Source: Mayamaea pseudoterrestris (lineage: Eukaryota). Taken from it: a stretch of 64,000 nucleotides of DNA. Under the pieces are notes generated by a model. That model saw nothing but the letters and a program-made list of their open reading frames with translations, did no database searches and was not told the origin of the DNA. Positions 1-9,201 of the stretch are shown here, in pieces (the stretch's first letter is position 1; each line of letters opens with the position of its first letter). The position numbers were made by a program, and so were the translations under genes. The stretch spans positions 744,001 through 808,000 of the forward strand of contig BROI01000010.1 of the NCBI GenBank assembly GCA_027923505.1. The letters are read 5' to 3'.

Positions 1-317
1 TGATGCTGCTGGGTGAGAGTAATGAATGCGACGGATGGCGCAACCTGCTTGAAGGTTTGAATGGTCCAATCTTCGTCAGCCGAAAGCGGTTTTATCGCTG
101 ACACCCCAAAGGGTGTACGGGATCGGAGTGAATGCGATTCATTGAGACGTGCAACAAGATCACTCTTCTCGAGGCAGTCGCGAAAGTCGACTCCTCGTTC
201 CGAAAGCAATTGCTTGAGCTCAGTAACACTCAATGATGAAAGGCTGGATGAGGAAGCAAAAGCAACAACACTTTGTGCAAGAATCGTGATCTGCAGGACC
301 AAGTAAACTACCTTCAT
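1..317 (-). CDS. 5' part of a probable plastid-targeted Deg/HtrA serine protease with an N-terminal SAP-like motif; runs off the window edge
   Basis: Not in the ORF track. My translation from ATG 317 is MKVVYLVLQITILAQSVVAFASSS (signal peptide + AF motif), LSVTELKQLLSERGVDFRDCLEKSDLV (SAP-like), LSADEDWTIQTFKQVAPSVAFIT (resembles the helix + PSVV.I that opens Deg1-type protease domains). The catalytic triad is not visible. Confidence 0.6.
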   Translation of the reverse strand, partial: MKVVYLVLQITILAQSVVAFASSSSLSSLSVTELKQLLSERGVDFRDCLEKSDLVARLNESHSLRSRTPFGVSAIKPLSADEDWTIQTFKQVAPSVAFITLTQQH

Positions 318-452
318 GGCTAACAGAAAAGACGCGAAGCAAGAATTGAACGAAACAAGTGTGAAGTGTGACACGATCATGCGTTTGGGCTGCGCGTTCG
401 AAGCAAAATTGTGACGCAGTCGTACCGGTATAAGCGCGAACAATGCAACAAT

Positions 453-575
453 TACTATTGCCAGTCACGAAGTGTCATTATATACTATTGCCTAGTCAAG
501 ATTTCATGAAGTCAAATACCATTACTATTGCCTGTGAACGTTTTCAAAAGTAGTACAGTTGTACTTAGTATTGCC
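453..575 (+). promoter_or_regulatory. Four copies of TA(C/G)TATTGCC in a divergent promoter
   Basis: TACTATTGCC at 453, 483 and 523; TAGTATTGCC at 566. They lie between the divergent starts at 317 (-) and 893 (+). Confidence 0.5.
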
Positions 576-892
576 TGGCAAGAACTTCTTTATTGGTGCG
601 ACTTTTTCTGATAGCTTGAGCTTCCGCGTGATGTCTTGCACCATGGTCGTGGTGCCTCCACTTTCCATTCACTCGTCGATCATCATCATCCAGTTGCTAC
701 AATACTTACAACATCAACCGTTTCCATAGTTACCAAAATTCGAATTGAAGTCGGCCCTTTGGCTGTCGAAGTAAAATTGAAATCTGTTTGTTGCGTCGCG
801 GCAGAAGTTTACACACTATATTCTCTACTCATACTTGTACGATTGTTTTTCGGTGTACCATTTGGCAACAGTCTCTGCGCAGACTTTTCAAC

Positions 893-2377
893 ATGCCCAA
901 ATTGGCGATCTTTCGAGCAACGAAAGAAGGTTTAGAGCAGGGCCTACGTGAGAAGGACCACTCCCAAACAACCACGGAAGCATATCTGTTCCGTTTCCAA
1001 GAGTACTCAACCGAGTGCTTGTGCCATGCATATGCAAGTGGCGCTGCTGTTCTTCGTGTGGACTCTACGGGCGCATTAAGTTCTTCTCTAACAGAAGATG
1101 TCGTATCACTCTGTTATTTGCAATGGACTGCACTCCGTGACTATAGCAGTACGAACAGATCCTGCAACGAGCAATCGCTAGTGCTCTCCGGTATGCTTCA
1201 CGTTGTCCGGACGATGCGAGTCATGCACCAAAGTAAACTTTCTTTGCATTGGACAACGTTGATGGACTGCTGTCGCGCTGCTAATGACTTCATTCGCATG
1301 GCTGATAAACTGGAAGTATTGTGGTGTAAGTTATGCGTTCAGCATCCATACCTTCAAGCACCATCGGCGCGGAAGCTCCTACAGGACACTGGCATTGACG
1401 CAGACACTGCCAATACAACACTTTTCGATGAATGGAATAATTTCATTTGCATCTTGTCGTGCGACGCAGTGGCGTGTGCCGAGCGAGCACAAGTGTTCAT
1501 GTTACGACACCTGGCCAATCAAACAACGATTGGAACCGATTTTTTCTCGTCGTCCTGGGAGAAAGACTTGACGGACAATCAAGTTATGATAAGATTGATT
1601 AAAGTCATTGATGCTTATTTGGCTGATTTGAAACACTTTCTTGCCAGTGAACACTTGTGGTGTAAGGCTTTGCTGACCACGTGCAAGGCGGTTGTGTGTC
1701 TATATGTGCGCTGCCTCGTGGAAAGGGCGGATGTTGTGACGGGACGTCGGCGCAACCACAACCGTCGGGCTGGAACTAAAAGCGACCGCAAACCGTTCTC
1801 TCACGCGGATCGTGCACTCCGACGCATGCGCGACGATGTTTCCATGCTGCGTGACTTTTTTCTCGTCGAGGCAAACGGCAATCCGGCATTGTCGCGAATA
1901 TTGTCCGATGAGTTACGCATATTGGAAGTGATTCATGAATGCTTGAATGCTGATGATGCCAGTTCTATTGAGTCATTTGTCGTTGTTATTCACAAGCGAA
2001 CTGGCGTGGATATACTGGTGACACGATGTTTTCTTTCGGACTTGTGGATGCTGGTCGCGCATCGACCAGGCAAGCAGGACATTGAAAGAGTGCTTGCCTC
2101 GTTAGAGACCGATCTACAGCTCGTTTCGACTCGTGTGCAGGAGCAGTGCACGTTGGACAAGAAGTCTGCTCGAAATGACATGTCGTTTGTGCGACTGGAC
2201 GATATGCTTCGCGTCATGTATGAGGATCGCATTGTACAGGGAATGCTGCCCGCTTGTTGGACATGTGTTCCCAAGATGGAGACAGAAGACAGCAAGGTAG
2301 CAATTCATGGCATTCGTCATTTGATGCGAAAGCTAGACGAGTTTCGATGGAACAAGGCATCGGCGTGGGCTAGGTAG
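893..2377 (+). CDS. Helical protein resembling the C-terminal region of exocyst subunit Sec6/EXOC3
   Basis: Long ORF; first ATG at 893 (MPKLAIF). The segment FFSSSWEKDLTDNQVMIRLIKVIDAYLADLKHFL...CLYVRCLV resembles Sec6-family helices. Motif recognition only. Confidence 0.45.
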   Translation: MPKLAIFRATKEGLEQGLREKDHSQTTTEAYLFRFQEYSTECLCHAYASGAAVLRVDSTGALSSSLTEDVVSLCYLQWTALRDYSSTNRSCNEQSLVLSGMLHVVRTMRVMHQSKLSLHWTTLMDCCRAANDFIRMADKLEVLWCKLCVQHPYLQAPSARKLLQDTGIDADTANTTLFDEWNNFICILSCDAVACAERAQVFMLRHLANQTTIGTDFFSSSWEKDLTDNQVMIRLIKVIDAYLADLKHFLASEHLWCKALLTTCKAVVCLYVRCLVERADVVTGRRRNHNRRAGTKSDRKPFSHADRALRRMRDDVSMLRDFFLVEANGNPALSRILSDELRILEVIHECLNADDASSIESFVVVIHKRTGVDILVTRCFLSDLWMLVAHRPGKQDIERVLASLETDLQLVSTRVQEQCTLDKKSARNDMSFVRLDDMLRVMYEDRIVQGMLPACWTCVPKMETEDSKVAIHGIRHLMRKLDEFRWNKASAWAR

Positions 2378-2524
2378 TTTTTCAGTAGTTCGATGGGTGC
2401 AAACAACCTTTACATAGTACTTGTTAAATATGGCGACTAGCAGTAACTTGCGGCTATACCACCATTGATTGGAAAGAACTTTTATTTATAGAAACAGTTG
2501 TCAAGTTTAGAGACAAAAAATCAT

Positions 2525-2608
2525 TGTCTCAGACCGGAGTCGAACCGATGCCCAACGAATTGGACTAGCACCTGAAGCTAGCGCCTTAGACCACTCGGCC
2601 ACTGAGAC
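2525..2608 (-). tRNA. tRNA-Leu(CAG)
   Basis: Reverse complement has acceptor stem GTCTCAG/CTGAGAC, D arm TGGCCGAGTGGTCTAAGGC, anticodon arm CTAGC-TTCAGGT-GCTAG, a long variable arm and T arm ATCGG-TTCGACT-CCGGT. Confidence 0.95.
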
Positions 2609-2805
2609 ACAACCTATTGAACGACATTGACAAATTTTCATGTGCGATATTTCTTGAATCGTCACTATCAAAGATCGATGAATACTCCTATCATATTGGC
2701 GAGATCCCGTTGGACGGGCAGCACGTCAGCATAGTATTACATTTGGAAACCGAAAAAAAGCAAGATCTACCGTAGGAACTGCAACATCAGAGGAGTGGCG
2801 CCAGC

Positions 2806-5800
2806 ATGAAGGATGGCGAGGAGAAGACGTCCGCTCCGCAAGCGAGCGTTCGCGATGTCTTTTCGTTTGCCAAAACCCGTCGTATTCGTCTCTGCATTGC
2901 TGGATCTTTTACAGCAGCCTGTGTATCAGGTGCATGTCTTCCAGCGATTGCCTTTTACTTTGCCAAAGCTTTTATGGATTTGGCACGATCAACGTCGAGC
3001 GATGTATTTTTGAGCTCGGTCCGAAGCATTGCCTTCGTCTTTATGAGTTTGGGTGTCATCCTCATGACGTCCATGACGATTCAAGCGACCCTTCAAGAAA
3101 CGGCGGCGGCGGAAATGACAAAGGCTTTCAAGAAGAGCTGGTTTCGAGCACTCTTACGACAGGACATGGCTTACTATGACATAGAGGATGTTGCTGGGCA
3201 AGCAACCACGATTTCTTCCAATGGAAACAAATTCAAGAGTAGGTTAACCTTGCACTTGACTGCTCTGCATTCATTCATGCACCCAATCATCTTACGTTTT
3301 GTTCTATATCCTATGTCCTTTTTCTTAGAGGGCGTTGGACGCAAATTGAGCGAAGCAGTCCAGTTTACAATTACATTTTTTGGAGCCTTGGGATACGCTT
3401 TTTATGCAACTTGGCAACTTTCTCTAGCCGTTTTGGCTGCATCTCCACTATTGGCATACAGTATCTACACGGCGATTAATCTCATACCGACGGAAAAGTC
3501 ACGAGCAAATGCCTTGTACGCCAAGGCCGGAGCTGTTGTCACGCGAACCGTTTCCAATATTCGAACCATTCTTTCCTTTAACGCCGTCCAGCGGATGGTG
3601 GATGACTACGAGCAGGCTACAAAACAAGCCATGAAGGGTGCGATTTCAAACTCGTGGCTGGTCGGTTTGGCGACGGGTGCCATTTACGCCACTTCCAACA
3701 TTGCTTACATTATCGTGACTCTTCTTGGAGCATGGCTACTGTACTCTCAGGTGGAAATTGATGGGTGTGATCCGTCTGGAACAGTGGAAGGCGTCGCAGC
3801 GTGTAATCCACAGGGTATGGACATGATGGGAGCACTCATGGGAGTATCATTTGCCGCTGGAGTCTTTCCGCAAGTTTCAGTTGCCATTGAAAGCATGTCT
3901 GGAGCACGAGCTGCATGCTATCCGGCATTACTGGCTATGCGCCGAAAGCTGGCAATAGACAAATGCGAAAGTTGCCCAGACAAGGATGTGGAGAGCCAAG
4001 ACGAGGAAAGTGGCGGTGCGCACGCGAAGGGTGAAAAGATTGGAAGTAATGAATTGGACGCGAATAAAACCAACCTTGCGCATGGAAGGTTGCCGAAATA
4101 TGTAATTGATTCTTCGTCGGAAGAAGGAATCAAGTTGACGAACGTCAAGGGCGATATTCAGTTTCGGAATGTTACTTTTGCCTTTCCAACGCGCAAGGAG
4201 AGCACCGTACTGTCTGACTTTAATCTACGAGCGGAATCTGGAATGACGATAGCTATATGCGGGCAAAGCGGCTGTGGAAAGAGCAGTGCATTGTCCTTAA
4301 TCGAGCGGTTCTATGATCCCAGCAATGGGACAATGACGCTCGATGGTGTTGACCTGAGACAGTTAAATGTGCGCTGGCTGCGAGAACAAATTGGCCTCGT
4401 TCTACAGGAACCCAAGCTTTTTGCGAAATCAGTAAAAGAGAACATTGCGATAGGGTGTCCGTCGGCAACAATGCAAGAGATTGAAGAAGCTGCGCGCATG
4501 GCAAATGCTTACGACTTCATCATGTCGTTCCCAAAAGGTTTTGACACTCAAGTCGGAGACGTGGGCGCTCAACTTTCTGGGGGACAGCGACACAAGTTGG
4601 CTATTGCCAGGGTGCTTTTAAAGAAGCCGAAGGTGCTTTTGCTGGACGAAGGTACTTCCAATTTGGACTCTGCGTCTGAAGCTGCGGTGCAAGAAGCTTT
4701 GGACAAGGTGATGCGCCTGAAGAAAGTCACAACATTTGTTGTCGCCCATCGTTTATCAACGATCCGCAACGCTGAGATGATCGTAGTTATGGATCAGGGC
4801 AAGATCATTGAAACGGGCACACATGATAGTTTGCTTGCGAATGCGGGGACGTACTACAATCTTGTGCAGGCTCAGAAGACCCGACAGAATTTGGAGTCTG
4901 ATATCTTGGCCGAAGCAGTTAACCAAGCTAGCAATCCCCCCAATGTGAGCTTGATTGATACTAGTACAACAATTGACAGCGAACTCGGACGGCGCGTGGC
5001 GATTCGTTTTTCCGATGTTACGTTTAGGTATCCTGCTCGTCCCGAGGCGGAGGTGTTGCGTAACTTAAATCTGACTGTATACGAAGGCGAAACCCTTGCT
5101 TTAGTTGGAGCCAGTGGTTCAGGTAAATCTTCTATTATGCAGCTCATTGAAGGTTTCTACCGGCCGACCGCCGGCATTGTCGAGTTTTATGGTGAAGATG
5201 TGAAGAATGTCAACATGCAATGGCTTCGTGACGAGATTGGATTTGTGAGTCAAGAACCAGCATTGTTCGAAGGAACTATTGCGGACAATATCAAGTTTGG
5301 ATTTCCAAAAGCCACTGATATGGAAGTCGTCGAAGCGGCCAAACAGGCGAATTGTCACGAGTTTGTAACTGAATTTCCTCACGGGTACGAGACAATGGTA
5401 CGAGATAGTGGGACGCTATCTGTTGGACAAAAACAACGCATTGCGATCGCGCGCGCTTTGATTAAACAGCCGAAGGTCCTTCTGCTTGACGAATTCACAT
5501 CAGCACTCGACTCTCTTAGCGAAAAGGTAGTACAAGCGGCGTTAGAGAAGATCATGGCGCGCAAGGACCAAACATGCATCGTGATTGCACATCGCCTCTC
5601 AACCGTAAGGGACGCCGATCGAATTGGTGTTATTGACAATGGCACAGTCGTCGAGATTGGGACGCATGATGAGCTCATGTCGAAGCCTGAGGGTAGGTAT
5701 CGACAGCTGCAGGCCATGCAAGATCTCACTATGGGTACCTTGACTCCTTCGAGTAATACTGATAATTATGCAAAAATTCTGTCTCCTGAAGGAGCCAAGT

Positions 5801-7141
5801 TGCTGCCCAACGTGGCAAACGAAAAGTACAAATTAAAAGTGGAAACATCTGGAACGGAGGCAGCAGTAAATGGCGAGCGAGCCTAGCTTATGGGTGTTGT
5901 GGACTGGCCTTATCTAGCAATCGGTACAGCAGGAGCACTGGTTGCCGGTCTTCAGTTTCCTGCCATGGGTTGGGTTTGGGCGTACATGATTGAACTGCTT
6001 TATCGACCGGTAGTAACTTGCCAAGTAGCAGCGGATTTACTTGGATTCAAAGACTGTAATGCGTACCATGACGACGTCGCGAACGATATGAAGCACCTGT
6101 CATATCTTCTTACGTACGGCTTTATCGGACTCACTGTCGCTTCCTTAGCTGGCCTTTGCGTCACGTATTGGGGATTTGGATCAGCGGCGGAAAGAATGAG
6201 TAAGCGAGTTCGAGATGCTGCATTTGTCAGCATTGTTCGCCAGGAGGTGGCGTGGCACGATTTGCAATCGCCTGGCGAACTATCGTCTCAGTTGGCGGAC
6301 GACACCTCCATGTTGCAAGCCTTTGCAGGTAAGTACGTTATGAGCGGCCACTATGCACGTGCCAACGATCATAGCTAATCTCCCAAGTTGCTAAAGGCGA
6401 GCCGATCCGAAGTTTGGTTATTAGTGTATCAAGCGTTGTGGTCGGTCTCATCATTTCTTTTGTGTATATGTGGCCGTTTGCCTTGTTGATCCTTTTTATT
6501 TTGCCATTCTTGGTAAGTTGCTGTGGCCATCGGACTTCTTTTGGATATTGCCACCTGCTTGTCATAAATATCACGCTTGCCATTATACCATTTAGGCGAT
6601 TGGTGCCATGATTGAGATGAAAAGCTACATTGCTGATGATGCTAATGTGGAAGTGCCCAAAAATGAGAGTTCTCCTGGCGGCATTGTCATTGAGACGCTT
6701 GCCAATATCCGGACAGTGGCATCATTGACACTGGAAGACCATCAAGCTCTCGAGTATGATCGAGCGCTCGAACGTGAAGATCCGTGCCCATTGTGGTCGA
6801 ACTTCGTGAAGGGTGCCGCAACTCCACTGCGCTAATGTTTTGGTGGGGAGGGTTTTTAATGTCGCGGTATTCCGGATCATTCACGTATCGGGGATACGTA
6901 AGTTGTGCTCTTGTGCGTTTCGAATGTTGTCGCTTGTTCATTCTCCAGCTCACCTTCGCTTCGTCACTTACAGCTAATTGCTATGTTCGCGTTATTCATG
7001 TCAGTGCAAGGGTTGGCACTTGTTGGTCAAGGAACTGTCGACAAGGTGAAGGCAAAGGCGGCAGCTGCTCGCATATTTGCTGTTATGGACCGCCAGAGCC
7101 TTATCGACCCGCTTAGTACGGACGGCAAAGTGTTGTATTAG
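2806..7141 (+). pseudogene. ABCB (MDR/P-glycoprotein-like) transporter locus, order TMD-NBD-NBD-TMD; last TMD preceded by a TAG and broken by a frameshift (pseudogene, or intact truncated TMD-NBD-NBD product 2806-5886)
   Basis: NBD1: GQSGCGKS / LSGGQ / VLLLDE. NBD2: GASGSGKS / LSVGQ / VLLLDE. Predicted introns 3239-3328, 6329-6396, 6513-6595, 6898-6973. In-frame TAG at 5884-5886; frame change near 6820-6832. Confidence 0.7.
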
Positions 7142-7199
7142 ACACATTTTTTCATCGTTCTTAATGTAGTAACTATCTATTTACAACTATGCACTCATA

Positions 7200-8834
7200 T
7201 TATGAACTTGCTTCGTTTTCCACCATGCGATCAAGTGGCAAAACAAACGGCGGTTCATCAATCATCGTCATTCCAATATCATCCGTCCATTCATTTTCCA
7301 AAATGCCCACGTCTCGAAAATCCTTCCAATTTGGACACGCACACAAGTGGCGTTCAGATTGTTCGTTCACATTAACGACGATGTTTTTCAAAGCCGTCGT
7401 AATCGTGTAGTTGGCCAACATGGGAACGCGTAAGGTTGCTTCCGCATCAACGTACAAAACGAGCTTGCCCCGATAATACTCCGCGACCAAACCAAGTGCA
7501 TCCCATTTATCGGGCGCCAGGTGCGCAACAATGAGCAAATCGGAAATAGCCATGGGTGCAGCGACCATGGGAGGAATGTCATACGTCCCAACAAAGGCGC
7601 CATTGTGCGTAAAGCTGCCCATACCGTGGTCGAGCGCGAGCGCAAACTTGTTGGGATTTGAGACAGACACCAAAATTTCAAAATCCGCCGTGGCCTTCAA
7701 GGCGGTAAGGCTGTTAATGAGACTTGACCATGCGACAGCATCGTTGCATACATTGTAGCTCGGGATCTTGGGATAGTACAAGATGGCACCAATTCCGCAA
7801 CCCAGAATAGTCATGAGCGTGAGAACGTAGAAAAGGCGACAATAATTAAACATGCGCTGCATGTGGCGCGGCACAAAGTGTCGATGGCGCTGCATGAGCA
7901 ATGGAGTGGTCCATTGGTGGTGGTGGTTGTTGTTGTTGCCGTCGGCAACGTTGACTTCATTGTCAACGGCGTACTCCTCCTCCTCGTGATCGCTGTCCTG
8001 ACCCAATTGAACGTACTGCGTCGCACCTTCCTCAACAGCATTCTCGGCTGTCGCGACTGGAGTAGAGGGAAGACTCGCCACTGGTGACTGGTGGAGGAGA
8101 GGACGTCTCAATGCAGCGTCACGTAATGGATGAGTATCATCGCGAGCATCGTCATAGACAGCTACCAAATCATCGTAGGCTCCCTTGACGCCCGACGAAA
8201 AGCAAAAGCAAAGACTTGCGCAGCAAACACACGACAAAATTAACCCCATTAGAACCATGAGAGGCAAGAAACTGATCTGCGAAAGACTCATTGCGACTTG
8301 ATCTATGAATGAATGCGTTGCGTTCTTTGGTATCAATGATTCTGGTTCTCGGCGCATGCATCTCTCGTTCGAATAGCAGTCTACACCAGCCACACATCCA
8401 TAGACGCTGCCAATGGCGTGACAGGCATTATCATGAGCGCACCAATGACACTTGAAGCTGCTGCAGGATGCGCAAGAGTCCAAGGCGGCGCATGAATCGT
8501 TGGAAGGCGGCGGAGGTGGCGGAGGCGGCAAACAGTCTGATCCGCGCATGCAGCCATGAATCGAACCAATCGCGTGACAAGCGTTGTCGAATTCGCACCA
8601 GTGACACCAATTGGCGTCATTGCAGGAGTTACAGGAGTTATAAGAATAACAGGAGTGCGAATCAGACTCATTCTTGGTATTTGCAGGTGTCGTATTGTTG
8701 CCTGATGGGTGCCACCATGAGAAATTGGCGTTGAGAATTGAAACGTCGTCTCGGCCTGCTTCCTGCTCCCCCGAAGAGAAACCAGCAGTCAGTGCCGCAA
8801 TAACAATGAGTCGAACGAGAACCTTTATAATCAT
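7200..8834 (-). CDS. Membrane protein: signal peptide, two PSI-like Cys-rich repeats, two TM helices, C-terminal LEA_2-like domain
   Basis: Two repeats of C..C...CHWC..DNACHAIGS..GC..G.DC separated by poly-Pro. Two hydrophobic segments follow, then FEILVSVSNPNKFALALDHGMGSFTHNG (LEA_2/HIN1-like). Confidence 0.7.
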   Translation of the reverse strand: MIIKVLVRLIVIAALTAGFSSGEQEAGRDDVSILNANFSWWHPSGNNTTPANTKNESDSHSCYSYNSCNSCNDANWCHWCEFDNACHAIGSIHGCMRGSDCLPPPPPPPPSNDSCAALDSCASCSSFKCHWCAHDNACHAIGSVYGCVAGVDCYSNERCMRREPESLIPKNATHSFIDQVAMSLSQISFLPLMVLMGLILSCVCCASLCFCFSSGVKGAYDDLVAVYDDARDDTHPLRDAALRRPLLHQSPVASLPSTPVATAENAVEEGATQYVQLGQDSDHEEEEYAVDNEVNVADGNNNNHHHQWTTPLLMQRHRHFVPRHMQRMFNYCRLFYVLTLMTILGCGIGAILYYPKIPSYNVCNDAVAWSSLINSLTALKATADFEILVSVSNPNKFALALDHGMGSFTHNGAFVGTYDIPPMVAAPMAISDLLIVAHLAPDKWDALGLVAEYYRGKLVLYVDAEATLRVPMLANYTITTALKNIVVNVNEQSERHLCACPNWKDFRDVGILENEWTDDIGMTMIDEPPFVLPLDRMVENEASS

Positions 8835-9201
8835 GGCTATTTATAAGATACGTAGATTGACAGTAAAGGTGTAAGTGGTGATTTCTCGGATTTGACTCGG
8901 AACGGGCATCGCATCATCGCATCATACGAGTAGTGGTGACATCGTCGCAGCGTTTCATCGAAGCCGAAAGATCGGAACTCGTACCGGGACTCACAGTATC
9001 GCGCACGATATTGAGAGAGTTAAGAAATGTTTATATTCATACTGCTATAGGTACTGTATGTACAAGTACGCAGTCACATTGACAGATTGGTCGCCAGCAG
9101 AAGTCGCTCAAATGTAGTATTTACAACATTGCTGAACATGTTATGTCAAGACCAGGGCAGTGGCGCGGCCGCTGGTTCAATAGTCAGTGCACGATCTTTG
9201 C

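Noticed and set aside
2525..2608. tRNA-Sec (TCA visible in the anticodon loop)
   Set aside because: The 7-nt loop TTCAGGT centres on CAG, and the 7-bp acceptor stem and D arm are Leu-type.
5884..5886. Programmed readthrough or splice acceptor explaining the ABCB TAG
   Set aside because: There is no plausible phase-compatible intron, and the downstream frameshift near 6825 would still destroy TMD2.
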